Of a stretch of DNA of 64,000 bases, positions 42,026 through 52,834 are shown piece after piece. The DNA is from Candidatus Marinacidobacterales bacterium (GTDB lineage Bacteria; Acidobacteriota; Vicinamibacteria; Marinacidobacterales; DATDRI01): contig OZ244742.1 in NCBI GenBank assembly GCA_965219415.1, positions 1,728,001 to 1,792,000 of the forward strand, in the 5' to 3' direction. A program made the translations under genes and the position numbers. The first letter of the stretch is position 1; each line of letters opens with the position of its first letter. The notes under the pieces are model-generated. The model worked only from the letters and a program-made list of their open reading frames with translations. It searched no databases and was not told the origin of the DNA.

Positions 42026-43444
42026 CTAGATTTTACTCCTTGCCTCTTCCACGCGGTCGCGGTCGAGATCGTCGTCGTCCCAGAATTCCACGAACTGCCA
42101 GTAGTAATTGCGCGCCTCATCCATCTCGCCGCGCTCTTCGTGGATCTTCCCGAGAAAGTAGAAGCTTCGAACGTATGGGATAGGCGCAAGGATATGCTCG
42201 GCGGTGCTTTCGGCGATCCGAGTAAACCAAACCGCGGCGTTATCGTCATCGCCGGCCTGCAGATACGCGTCGGCCAGCGAGAACCACACCGGAACGTGGG
42301 GAGGAGCCGCTCCCGGCCCATGAAGTGGGAAGCCCCTTGGCGGAAGCATCGAGCGCGCTCTATCGAGCTCCTCGATCGCCTTCTCCTTATCGCCCCGGGC
42401 AAGAGCGATCTCACCCAGAAGCCATCGATAGCTCCTCTTGTCTCTTTCGCCGGGAATCGACTCCGCCTTGCGGCGAAGCTCCTGGGCCGCGCTTTGCGCC
42501 TCGTCCCACTGCTCCAGCCGGGCATGCGCTAGCGCCATCTGGAACATCGCCTCCAAGGCAACGTAGCCGCCCTCCTCTTCACGCTCCGCTCGCTTCGCCT
42601 CCGCTAGGGCCCGGGTCGGCTCGTTCTTCGCGAGTAGGAGGTCCGAGGAAAAAACCGCGGCGGCGGCCGTCATGCCCCCTGGTTCCGCATAGGCACTCGC
42701 TGCTCGTTTCGCCAACCCGAGCGCGTCACCGGAACGACCTCGGTAGAGTTTGGTGACCGAAAGGTTCATCGAGCGCAACCAATCCGAAAACGGTTCCCCT
42801 TCCGCCGCGATCCTCTCGGCACTTGCTTCCGCCTGCGCCCACTGATCGCGAAGGACGTCGATCTGCCAACGACCATCCTCGAAGGTCCCGTTGTCCTCGG
42901 GGGCAAGGGCTTCGGCTTTCTGGAAGGCGTCGAGCGCTTGGTCCAGCTCTCCGAAACGAAGGAAGTGCAGACCAAGATGGCCATAGCCGTGGCCGTTCGC
43001 CGGGTTCTCGCTAACGAACTCCTGCATAACCTCTAGGCTTTTTTCCTGCTCACCCGTGGCTGAATAGGCCTCTAGCAAATTGCCAAAGCTCCCCAAGAGT
43101 ACGCTGTCGACACCGCCCCGCTCGGCGACTTCCTGAACCACATCGAACGACGTAATGCGCTCGTCCAAGCGATTCATGTCCCTCAAGATTTGATAGAGAC
43201 GGTCGGTGGTCAGGACTTCGATCTCTGGAGACTGTGAGAGGTCGGTGACGAGCATGTCAGTGAGAGCGGTGCGAAGCCAATCGAGCTCCGGCTCGCCAGT
43301 GTTGTTCTCGAAGTAAAGTACGGCGATCGAAGGCTTCGTTGGCGTGTCCGACGCCGCCTCCTTCGTGCTCGGCCGCAAGAGGAACGAAACAGCCGCGGCT
43401 AAGCTCCTCTAGGATCTTGTAATGGGAAGTGTGCGACCAATCAT
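42026..43444 (-). pseudogene. Ser/Thr kinase-TolB_N-TPR protein with the kinase domain deleted
   Basis: MIGRTL/HYKILEELSRG kinase start (43444-43393) runs into AAVSFLL...SIAVLYFENNTG and TPR repeats. Confidence 0.75.
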
Positions 43445-43599
43445 GGAACCCTCACCCGGCGTCTGGCCACGTTGACCGTGGCACCGCGCTTTTTTGACGC
43501 CCAAATCTCCCAGAGGGAGAGGGGGCAAAGGAAGAAGAGACCATCATTTGCGAGGCATTCTACGGTGCCCTTCCGGTCCCTTCAAGCACGACGAGAATG

Positions 43600-44964
43600 C
43601 TAGCTCCCTTCTTGGTCCATCCCCTTCTCGGCCCTAGCCAAGCCCTCGAGAACAGAAACTCGGCCAGGGGTGCGAGCCAGAGCCTGAGTGTAGGCATCAT
43701 AGGCCTTGCTGGCTCGGCCGGTAGCGAGTAACAGCTCGCCCAGTAGCTCGTGGGATGGCAGGTCGACGAAGGGCGGTCCAAACATCAAGTGGAATCGATT
43801 CTTCCAGCTCGACCGCCTGACGAGCCAGCTCGATGGCCTCGTCCATCTTGCTTTCGGCGCGGGCGAGCAATGCTTCGATCTCGAGCTCGAACACCTGCGG
43901 CTCGCTTGAGTGCCAGTGGGGCGAAAGCGTTGCCCGTCTTGGGAACAATCTGCTCGAGCTCGGACCTGGCGGCACTTAGATCCTGCAATGCCTTCTCGAG
44001 GCCGTTCTCGTCACCCCGGCCGGCGGCGGCAATAGCTTGTGCGGATTCATAGGTCACCCGCTCGGCCGCCCCGACGTTCGGCGAGTCCATCTCCCATTGA
44101 GCCGCTTCGCCACTCCAGTCGGCGGTATCGACCAGATAACGGGATCTCAATTGAAGGAAGGAATGAAGTGCCGAATTGTCGGGATCGAAGACGGACTCTT
44201 CCGCTCCTGCGGCGGCGGCATCTTTCCGACACTGGTCGAGTATCCTCGTTGCATCGTCGACGCGGCCCTGCTGCAGGTAGCCGTAGAGCAGCCAGAAATT
44301 GTAGTGGCCGCATTCGTATTCGGACTGTCCCCGTGCGGTCCGCTCTTCGTTGGTCACACGAGCAGCATTCTCATTCGCCTTGACCACGTCGTTCCACATC
44401 CCCATCGCGACAAAAATGTGTGAGGTCATATGCTGGGCAATGAGCGGCCGCCGGTGCCACCTCTGCGTAGGTGCGAGCCGCACGCAATCCGAGCGGTGCA
44501 TGGATCGGGTCGTCATAGCAGTGAATCAGATAGTGGAGCACACCGGGATGCCATGGATTGTCGGGATAGACTTCCTCGAGTAGAGCGGCCGAACGCATGT
44601 AGGTCGCGAAGTCACGCCCTTCGTGCGCAGTGCCGAGCAGGGACAATGCGTAAAACGCCGTCACCTCTACATCTCCAGGATAATTTTCATGAAGCTCGGC
44701 CATCGCCTTGGCGTAGGCCCGGTCGCGCTCGCGCTTGTCGCCTTTACCGTAAAGAATCTGGAACGCTTCTATCGCTGAACGGTACTCGAAGTTATGGAGC
44801 AAGGCGATGCCTCGCTGAAAGGGCTCTTGTGCCTCAGGTGCACCCGAGTTCGGAAAGCTCACCGTGCCGACCTCGGACACCGGGTGCGGGGTGTTCGAGC
44901 ACGCGACAGCAACCACCAGACACACGACAGGCCAATAAGGGCTGGCGAACTTTCTCATATCCAT
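43600..44964 (-). pseudogene. TPR-containing lipoprotein, multiply frameshifted, with probable internal deletion
   Basis: Lipobox AVAC, GTVSFPNSG..AQEPFQRGIALLHNFEY, HPGVLHYLIHCYDD, HMTSHIFVAMGMW spread over four ORFs. Confidence 0.7.
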
Positions 44965-45114
44965 TCTGTGCTCCCCGAGAATTGTACGACAAGACAACTG
45001 CGTCCGGACGGAGTCGTTCTGCCGGCGCTAGCGGACCCGGGCGCCATCGGGGACGCCCGGAGGATGGTTGAGCGGGTGGGCGAACCGAACTATCCTTTCA
45101 ATCGGACAAACGCC

Positions 45115-45969
45115 ATGGGCCAGCCAACCGTCACCGTCGTCATCCCCACCTACAACCGGAAGGGCCTCCTTCCCCGCGCGTTGACGTCGGTTGCCCGCCA
45201 AACTCGGCCTCCTGACGAAGTCATCGTGGTCGATGACGGCTCGACCGACGATACCGAGGGCCTCGTGCGCCGGGAGTTCCCCGACGTGCGATACCTCCAG
45301 CAGGAGAATCGAGGCGTCGCGGCGGCCCGGAACCGCGGAATCCGAGAGGCTAAGGGAGAGTGGCTGGCCTTCTTGGACTCCGACGACGAGTGGCTCCCCC
45401 AGAAGCTAACGCGTCAGCTCGATGAGCTTCGCGAGCAGCCCGAATTCTTGCTCTGCCACACGAACGAGATCTGGATACGTCGCGGCAGGCGAGTGAACCC
45501 GATGAAAAAACATGCGAAATCCGGCGGGTACATCTTTGATAAGTGCCTGCCGCTTTGCGTCATCTCTCCCTCGTCGGTTCTTATTCACCGCAGCCTGTTC
45601 GAGCGGGTCGGCCCCTTCGATGAATCCCTCCCCGCTTGTGAAGACTATGACCTCTGGCTTCGCATCACGTCGATACTTCCGGTTCTGTACCTGGAGGAGC
45701 CTCTCATCTTGAAATACGGCGGGCATACCGATCAGCTCTCCCGCCGCCATTGGGGGATGGACCGATTTCGCATCCGCGCCCTGGAGAAGGTGACCGATAC
45801 CGAAGCGCTGTCCCCCGAGAGTCGACGCGCGGCGGTGAGGATGTTGGTCGAGAAAATCGACGTCTATCTAGCGGGCGCGCGGAAGCGCGGCAAAGAGAAT
45901 GATGTCCAGGGCTACGCAAGCAAACGAGACCACTATGCGAGCCTTCTGGACGTCAGCGTGGCCTCATGA
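45115..45969 (+). CDS. Glycosyltransferase family 2
   Basis: VVIPTYNR, VVDDGSTD, AFLDSDDEW, CEDYDLWLR. Confidence 0.93.
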   Translation: MGQPTVTVVIPTYNRKGLLPRALTSVARQTRPPDEVIVVDDGSTDDTEGLVRREFPDVRYLQQENRGVAAARNRGIREAKGEWLAFLDSDDEWLPQKLTRQLDELREQPEFLLCHTNEIWIRRGRRVNPMKKHAKSGGYIFDKCLPLCVISPSSVLIHRSLFERVGPFDESLPACEDYDLWLRITSILPVLYLEEPLILKYGGHTDQLSRRHWGMDRFRIRALEKVTDTEALSPESRRAAVRMLVEKIDVYLAGARKRGKENDVQGYASKRDHYASLLDVSVAS

Positions 45970-46781
45970 TTCGGCTCGTAATCGCTCTACCTTCAGAGGC
46001 GAAACCACTCCTTTCTCACTACCAGCTCAAGCCGATCGAGAACTCCCGCGGTTTCAAGGTCTATCAGAAAGACGATATGGCGCTCGTCGTCTCCGGTGTC
46101 GGCAAGTCCGCTGCGGCGGCCGCTACCGCCTACCTCCAGGCCGTGTCCGGTAATGAGCCCGATCGGGCGTGGATAAATATCGGAATGGGCGGACACCGAG
46201 AGCTCGTGTTGGGTGAAGGCATCTTGGCTGAACGAGTCAAGGATCTGGCGAGCGGCCAGACCTGGTATCCGCCTCCGGTTTTGGACCTATCGTCACCGCC
46301 CGCCTCGGTGCTGACAGTCGACAGAGTGGAGGAAGACTTCGAGGGTCCGTGGGTCTTCGAAATGGAAGCGGCGGGATTCTTTGAGTCGGCATATCGCTTC
46401 GCCACTGCCGAGCTGGTGCAGTGCTTCAAGATCATTTCCGATAACCGCAGTGTCCCGCCCCGCTGGATGTCGACGCGACAGGTCGATGAGCTCATAGAGG
46501 CACGACTCACCGAAATCGATGCCGTTGTGTACGCCACCGCTGCCCTGGCCCGTGAAATGGCCGCGCTCACCGAAACGCCACCCGGGCTAGATGCGGTTCT
46601 CGAGCGTTGGCATTTCACCGTGTCGGAACGGCGTCGGCTTCAGAGACTCCTAAGACGCTGGCACGTTCTCGCTCCGGAATCCCGCATCTTCGATGAAGAG
46701 CTCAAGCAGCGACGGACGAGCAAGGAGGTCCTTGGCCACATCCAAACTCGCATCGAAGTGCTTCCGGTGAGCCTCACCTGA
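45966..46781 (+). CDS. Nucleoside phosphorylase / MTAN-like (PNP_UDP_1 fold) protein
   Basis: VIALPSEA, VSGVGKSAAA, INIGMGG, EMEAAGF, KIISDN. Confidence 0.8.
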   Translation: MIRLVIALPSEAKPLLSHYQLKPIENSRGFKVYQKDDMALVVSGVGKSAAAAATAYLQAVSGNEPDRAWINIGMGGHRELVLGEGILAERVKDLASGQTWYPPPVLDLSSPPASVLTVDRVEEDFEGPWVFEMEAAGFFESAYRFATAELVQCFKIISDNRSVPPRWMSTRQVDELIEARLTEIDAVVYATAALAREMAALTETPPGLDAVLERWHFTVSERRRLQRLLRRWHVLAPESRIFDEELKQRRTSKEVLGHIQTRIEVLPVSLT

Positions 46782-46788
46782 AGAAATC

Positions 46789-47799
46789 GTGATCCAAACG
46801 CTCTACATCGAAGAAGAAGTCTCTGCGCACACGCGCACAAAAGAGATCTGTTCACGCTTTCCGAGCGCGGCTCGCATACCGATCCACCGCTACGGAGAGG
46901 TATTCAACCGCAAGGGACAAAACTTCCGACTGCAGAAGAAGCGGCCCGCTCTGATCTTGGCGAAGAAGTACGGTCATTTCGTGCTTCCCGCTCCTGACGG
47001 CTACGGCGTGGGTGGTCGGCGGAACTTCTACTTCTCACACATGCTGAACTGTATGTACGACTGCCGCTATTGTTTTCTACAAGGCATGTACCGCTCGGCA
47101 CACTACGTGCTGTTCGTAAACTACGAGGAATTCGAAAAGGCAATGGCCGGCACCCTGCAAGAGGCCCCCAACGAAGAGGCGTACTTCTTTTCCGGTTATG
47201 ATTGCGATAGCTTGGCATTGGAGTCCGTCACTCGTTTTTTCGAAAGCTTCTATTCCTTCTTCGCGGAGAACGACCAGGCGTGGCTAGAGCTTCGCACGAA
47301 GAGCGCTCAAATGAAGCCGCTTCTCGCCGCGAAACCGCTGCCCAATGTCATCGTGGCCTTCAGTTTCACGCCGGAATCGACGGGCCGCATCCTGGAGCAC
47401 GGTGTGCCGCCCCTCGCGCAGCGTCTGGACGCCATCAAGGCTCTCGAAGACAAGGGCTGGAACATCGGGCTTCGCTTCGACCCGATGATCTACACCGAGG
47501 ACTATCACGACCAGTACCGGCGCCTCTTCGCCGATGTATTTGGTGAGGTGCGAGCCGATCGCCTCCATTCGGTGAGCCTTGGACCCTTTCGTTTGCCGCG
47601 ACCTTACTTCGAGGATATGTCGCGACTCTACCCGGACGAACGCCTGTTTGCCGGACCACTGGTGACGAGGGGCAGGATGGTATCGTACCGGAAGGATAAA
47701 GAAGAGGAGATGACGAGCTTCTGTACACGGGAGCTTTTGCCCTACATTTCCGAGGAGATCTTCTTCCCCGCGAGGATGATGGAGACCGCTACCGGGTGA
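46789..47799 (+). CDS. Spore photoproduct lyase-like radical SAM protein
   Basis: NCMYDCRYCFLQG (CxxxCxxC), ELRTKS, EHGVPPLAQRL, GLRFDPMI. Confidence 0.88.
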   Translation: MIQTLYIEEEVSAHTRTKEICSRFPSAARIPIHRYGEVFNRKGQNFRLQKKRPALILAKKYGHFVLPAPDGYGVGGRRNFYFSHMLNCMYDCRYCFLQGMYRSAHYVLFVNYEEFEKAMAGTLQEAPNEEAYFFSGYDCDSLALESVTRFFESFYSFFAENDQAWLELRTKSAQMKPLLAAKPLPNVIVAFSFTPESTGRILEHGVPPLAQRLDAIKALEDKGWNIGLRFDPMIYTEDYHDQYRRLFADVFGEVRADRLHSVSLGPFRLPRPYFEDMSRLYPDERLFAGPLVTRGRMVSYRKDKEEEMTSFCTRELLPYISEEIFFPARMMETATG

Positions 47800-48518
47800 A
47801 ACAAGGACCGAGGAAGATTTTGGTGACCGGCGCGAGCGCCGGCATCGGCGCCGCGATATGCCGCCGCCTCTTGGCCGACGGTCATCAGGTCGTGGGCGTG
47901 GCGCGAGATTTCAGCAAGTTCGGACCCGCGGTGGACCGATTCCACGCGGCGGAGATCGACCTGTCCGAGCTAGAGCCTCTCCCCGGGCGGCTCAAAGGCT
48001 TGGCGCGCGAGCACGACGACGTCGACGCCGTCGTTTGCAACGCCGGGCGCGGGCAGTTCGGCTCCTTGGAAGAGTTCTCCTACTCACAAATCCGATCGCT
48101 GGTCGACCTCAACTTCACGAGCCAGGCGTATGTAGTGCACACGTTCCTCCCCAAGATGAAAGAACGCGTAGGGGGAGACGTCCTCTTCATCGGTTCCGAG
48201 GCCGCCCTCAGCGGAGGACGAAGGGGAGCCGTCTACTCGGCCAGTAAGTGGGCGCTCCGCGGTTTCGCGCAAACGCTCCGTGATGAATGTGCCCGAAAGG
48301 GCGTGCGGGTCGCAGTCATCAACCCAGGAATGGTGAGAACGACGTTTTTCGATGACCTCCATTTCGCTCCTGGAGACGAAGAGGCGAATGCCCTGCTGCC
48401 CGAGGAGGTCGCCGAGGCCGTCGCGTTCGTGCTCTCTTCGCGACGAGGGGCAGTCTTCGATGAGATCAATCTTTCCCCCCTCAAGAAAGTCCTGAAGTTC
48501 AAAGACGGAAAGGAGTAG
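47796..48518 (+). CDS. Short-chain dehydrogenase/reductase
   Basis: VTGASAGIG, CNAG, YSASK, INPGMVRT. Confidence 0.93.
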   Translation: MKQGPRKILVTGASAGIGAAICRRLLADGHQVVGVARDFSKFGPAVDRFHAAEIDLSELEPLPGRLKGLAREHDDVDAVVCNAGRGQFGSLEEFSYSQIRSLVDLNFTSQAYVVHTFLPKMKERVGGDVLFIGSEAALSGGRRGAVYSASKWALRGFAQTLRDECARKGVRVAVINPGMVRTTFFDDLHFAPGDEEANALLPEEVAEAVAFVLSSRRGAVFDEINLSPLKKVLKFKDGKE

Positions 48519-48527
48519 CCGCTCGCT

Positions 48528-49136
48528 ATGCGCTACCAATTCCTAATCGACACTTACAAAACCGAAATCGCGAAAGTCCTAAGCACCTGGGCGATGTTCG
48601 ACGACAACGACCAGCACCAACGACCTCACCCATCCGACAAACGGGGTCGCAACTTTCTCGAGCACATGGTTCACCAGAGCATGAGTGAGAACCTTTGGTT
48701 CAAGACCATGCTTGGGATTTCGGTCACCGAAAACCCTCTCCCCCCCGAAGAAACCCGCCTATCGTTCATGAGGCACTACGCCGCGAATGCATCCAAGAGG
48801 TTGGCCGTTCTCGAGCAGAAGGACGAGCCCTGGTGGGAAGAGATGGTGGATTTCTTCGAAGTGAAGCGATCCCGGGCGTGGGTGATGACCAGGCGCATCG
48901 CTCACACCTCCCATCACCGCGGTCAGCAAACCACGCTACTGCGCATGGCCAATCATGACCTCTACAGCAACTACGGCCCGAGTGCCGACACCGGCGGCCT
49001 GATGGCGAACAAGGCACCCGTCATCTACGCTTATCCCGATGTCGAGACGCTCCTCGAAGAAGAGTCGGGCGACCGAAAGAAGAGCCCGCTTCCCGGGCCG
49101 GGAGACAAACCACCCACGGAGCGACCTTTGAGCTGA
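48528..49136 (+). CDS. DinB family protein
   Basis: EHMVHQSMSE, RIAHTSHHRGQ metal-binding histidines. Confidence 0.85.
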   Translation: MRYQFLIDTYKTEIAKVLSTWAMFDDNDQHQRPHPSDKRGRNFLEHMVHQSMSENLWFKTMLGISVTENPLPPEETRLSFMRHYAANASKRLAVLEQKDEPWWEEMVDFFEVKRSRAWVMTRRIAHTSHHRGQQTTLLRMANHDLYSNYGPSADTGGLMANKAPVIYAYPDVETLLEEESGDRKKSPLPGPGDKPPTERPLS

Positions 49137-49141
49137 GGTCA

Positions 49142-49745
49142 ATGCAAGGCCGGCAGCGCGAGCAGATACAAGCGGCGGCGCTAGCATTGCTGACTCTGCT
49201 GTTTCACATACTGACCGCTGAGGGATATGGATATTTTCGCGATGAGCTCTACTACATCGCTTGCTCCGAGCAACTGGCATTCGGCTATGTCGATCACCCG
49301 CCGCTCATCGCTCTCGTAACTTGGCTCACCCGAGCCGTCCTCGGCGACTCCGCTCACGCACTACGATTTTTTCCCGCGATTTGTGCTGCAGGTACGGTCT
49401 ACTTCACAGCAACAATCGCACGCGATCTCGAGGGTGGTCGATTCGCCCAACTGGTCGCCGCCATCGCTGTCGCGTTGGCGCCGGTCTATCTCAGCCTATT
49501 CACCATCTTGTCGATGAACGCCCTGGATATCTTTCTATGGACCTTGGCTCTATGGGTCGTGACCCGCATTCTGAAGTCGGGAGATCTGCGTTGGTGGCTC
49601 GTTTTCGGCATCGTTGCCGGAGTCGGGCTCCAAAACAAACTAAGCTTCCTCTTTCTTGGGTTCGGTGTCGTCGTCGGCCTTCTCGCCTCCCGCGACTGGC
49701 GTCATTTTACTAGTCCATGGCTGTGGCTGGCGGGATTGCTGGCAC
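49142..49745 (+). pseudogene. GT39/ArnT-like membrane glycosyltransferase, 3'-truncated
   Basis: YGYFRDELYYIAC, GYVDHPPL, GLQNK; reading collides with IS256 transposase sequence after SPWLWLAGL. Confidence 0.8.
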
Positions 49746-50618
49746 TTCCAGCACCGCTGCTCCTCAGCTTCTGGAAATACGTTTCGGGTCGCGGCCCAGA
49801 TGCCGAGATGACCGTCACCGATCACCAAACGGGGACATCTCAGACCGCGCTTCTTCAGTCTCCGTAGCAGCGACGACCATGACGCTTCGGATTCTCGATG
49901 CCCGGCCTCCAGCGTCAGGACGATTTTCGTCCCGTCGGACAGGCCACCAACCGCAACTAGCACCGCCGCCTTGTCCTTCTCAAGGCCGGCCTTCACGTAC
50001 ACGCCATCTACCCACAGGGACACGAGCTCGAGTTCGTCCAGTGGGCGAGCTAGCCACTGCTCGTACTCTCCCTGCCATTTCTGTTTCAGCCGCGACACCG
50101 TGCTGGGAGAAAGTGGAGCGTCCTCCCCTAGAAGCCCGCGGAGCGCCAGATCGAAATCTCCGTGAGCTAGTCCATGCAGGTACAGCTCCGGAATCAACTC
50201 GCTCACCGTTTCGCTCCGACGCTTGAACAGCGGAAGCACTCGACTTTCGAACCTCTCCTCCACGTCCCCTACTCTCGGCCGGCGAACCGTCACCGTGCCC
50301 ACGTTCATCGTCAGCTTCCGAGGCTTACCGTATCCATTTCGATAGCCCGCCGTTGTGTCCACGGGCTTCCGTCTCTCCGATTTCTCACGCCCGAGAAGCT
50401 CCGTGACTTCGGCTACCATCAGCTCCTGCACCCAATCCTGGATCTCGAGCCTCGCCCACTTCTCCAGCGACTCCCAAGCCACCCTTGACGAGCTCCGTCG
50501 TCTTGTGGTCTTTTCCTTCATGGCGGTGTCTCCTTCCGTTGGCCCCTTCAGGCCGTGTTTCGTGACGCGGAAGGTTACTCCGCCTTTACTTTATTTCCAC
50601 ACCTTCTGAGGGTAGCTC
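49745..50618 (-). mobile_element. Truncated IS256-family element A
   Basis: Transposase GYRNGYGKPR, LWVDGVYVK, IGDGHLG, EQRCW then lost; terminal GAGCTACCCTCAGAAGGTGTGGAAAT at 50618. Confidence 0.85.
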
Positions 50619-50978
50619 GTTCGTGCTCCCCCAGTGGTTATGAGTTCGCTCCTTCTCGTGCTTGCCCTTGAGCCCCGCGATCTCCTCGGCGTCCTCTCTG
50701 AGCAGTAGGTGCAGAGCCGTCAGTCTTTGCTCGTACACCCATTCCGTCAGTTCCGCCTTCGTGGCCGCGATCCCAGCTATCATCGGTAGCAGTATCTGAC
50801 CGACTTGGCCAACTACCTTGCCCGTAGGCGAGTGCGTTTGCTTTCTTACTGGCTTCTTTGATTTCCTAGGCATTGGTGGCTCCTTGTCCCCCTCTGGAGA
50901 CGGTTGTTTGGCAGACCTATTCTTAGGCCGGCCAAGGAGCCGCCGCTACCCCAAATTCAACATCCGGCGGGACATCCC
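50619..50978 (-). mobile_element. IS256-family remnant B (left end plus transposase N terminus), interrupted by element A
   Basis: End-like GGGATGTCCCGCCGGATGTTGAATTT; ORF LLREDAEEIAGLKGKH...HNHWGST resembles the N terminus of the 52954 transposase. Confidence 0.7.
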
Positions 50979-51440
50979 CCGGCGTATTCCCATTCGGCCT
51001 CGGTGGGCAAGCGTTTTCCAGCCCATTGGGCGTAGGCGTTGGCATCGTTCCAGCTCAGGTGCGTCACCGGATGTTTGTTCTTCTCTGCTTGATGCAAATC
51101 ACCCATTTCGTCTAACCTCCAGTTGATCCCCGGTCTCATCACCCAGCCTTCTCCACCCCAGGTATAGCCGCCATCATTTTTCTCGGCATCAGTGACATAG
51201 TTTGTGGCATCCACAAATTTTCTAAATTCTTCTACAGTGACTTCATGGGTATCCATATTAAAACGCATCCCCTTCCACCTCGTGAACCGGTTTCTCCATG
51301 TCCTGACCGTTGGCATCACCCATCATGAACGATCCGCCGGGAATTAAAACCATCCCGGGAGGGGTTTGTGATGCCTGAGAATTGAGAGTGAGGGCCATTG
51401 CCGTGATACCCATCAACGCGACTGAAAACAGTTTCTTCAT
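50979..51440 (-). pseudogene. FGE-sulfatase/SUMF1-domain protein, frameshifted and truncated by IS remnant B
   Basis: [51 protein letters not shown]. Confidence 0.85.
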
Positions 51441-51830
51441 CGTTGTATCTCCTTAATGATTAGGGGCGGCGATTCTTGAGCTCTGTCCGGAAAGAGTGGA
51501 AACAACGGGCTCGGTTCACGAACCGTTGTCGCAAAACTATAGCTTGCCAGTCGGCGGTACTGCTCCATCTTGTCTTTGCCGTAGTCCATTTCCGCCATAT
51601 AGAGATTGTGAGGACGACACAAAAGTCTGACATTGTTGGCACTTCGATCGCCGCCGAGCCCGTGGAGGTCGTGGTGATGGAATTGCAGCCCTAGGCGCTC
51701 GGGACATCGTCTACCGTTGCTGCTCTCAAACGTGCACTGAGCCTGATCGCGCGCCCACACGAAACGCCTCACCGGAACGGGGATTCCGCGCGCTCCCGGC
51801 GACGTGTCGGCATCTTTGAGGCTCTTTCTG
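51437..51830 (-). pseudogene. C-terminal HNH endonuclease fragment
   Basis: IPVPVRRFVWARDQAQCTF, RCPE, QFHH, NVRLLCRPHN. Confidence 0.8.
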
Positions 51831-51849
51831 GTAGTGGTGAGGTTGCGAG

Positions 51850-52099
51850 TTCCTTGTCCAAAACCATCTGGTACTTCAACGGCTAGCTTCTCTATCTTCA
51901 CAACGGCCCTTGATGGTATTGAAATGCCGCCTCGTACCTGAGCACACTGCTGGTGTGGCACGACGAGCTTATACTCAGGGGTGTCTTTGACGAGCCAGCC
52001 CACCGACTTGACCGTCATATCGGTCGGATCGGTGTCGTCAAGCGCCTCCCATAGGTCGTGGTAAACTGCGTCAACCCACTCGACAAGAACGAGTTGCAC
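51850..52099 (-). CDS. Phage-type small hypothetical protein, read in frame into the HNH fragment
   Basis: LVLVEWVDA...SVGWLV...IPSRAVVKIEKL pattern recalled from phage genomes. Confidence 0.5.
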
Positions 52100-52250
52100 T
52101 TAACTCTTCTTTTTCTTGCGGTGTTTGCCAGGACTTTGAGAGAGAGCAGCTCCGGCAACGCTCCTTTCGTCCTTAGAGGGCTTCAGGATCTCTGAGAATA
52201 TTGGATGCCTTTTTGGCAACTCGCTTTGAGGTGGTTTTCTTATGCGCCAT
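52100..52250 (-). CDS. Small basic protein (about 49 aa after two indel corrections)
   Basis: Manual translation MAHKKTTSKRVAKKASNILRDPEA/SKDEK/SVAGAALSQSPGKHRKKKKS; TAA directly precedes the next GTG. Confidence 0.5.
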
Positions 52251-52369
52251 TTCGTAAGCGCTCCATTCGGCACATCACCGGCTACACGGCAGCATCCTCA
52301 AAACCATCGGGCCATCTTTCGGACTGTCCATCCAACCACCACTCCCCGACGGGGCTCTGCCGGAACCCT

Positions 52370-52834
52370 CCGATGTTGCCCGCCGATACATTCGCGCCTT
52401 CGATTACCTCGCACCTCGCTCGGCTAAAGTTCCAAGCCCATACGGACAGCACTGGCAGTCAGTATCTTCCGGACAAGACGTACTTCGGAGAGCCGGAAGA
52501 ATTCGCTGGGATATGGCTTCCATCTGCGGACGTATCGAACAATGCAGACAACGTGGCCGCTGTTACGAAAAGGGACCAGGAGTACCTGACGCTCCCAGCC
52601 GGTACGTGGGGTCTGGAAGTTGTGATTGCAGCTAACTACAGTTTTGCGAACGCCATGTTGGGTCTTTTGAAGGTCATGGACAACTCGGACGATATCATAC
52701 TCTATGCTCCGGCGATTACTCAAAGCTCGACAGGGAGCTCCTTGTTAACCTCATCCGACGTGCAGTATGGAGTAATCACTATCAAGGAGCCGCTTGTTGA
52801 GTCCGACGGAACGGCGCAACTGGAACGGTCGTAG
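52370..52834 (+). pseudogene. Fragment of a phage-like structural protein
   Basis: Beta-rich, S/T/D/A-rich ORF (YLTLPAGTWGLEV) with no convincing start. Confidence 0.4.

Noticed and set aside
46789-47799. Calling the radical SAM gene splB and inferring sporulation
   Set aside because: Diderm gene context, biosynthetic neighbours and no sporulation genes; only family-level similarity is supported.
9333-51440. Functional pairing of the FGE-domain gene with the sulfatase
   Set aside because: About 40 kb apart, the FGE-domain gene is truncated before any catalytic region, and the sulfatase lacks a modifiable Cys.
51437-52099. Genuine two-domain phage protein-HNH fusion
   Set aside because: Two unrelated fragments in a heavily rearranged zone; chance in-frame joining is more likely.
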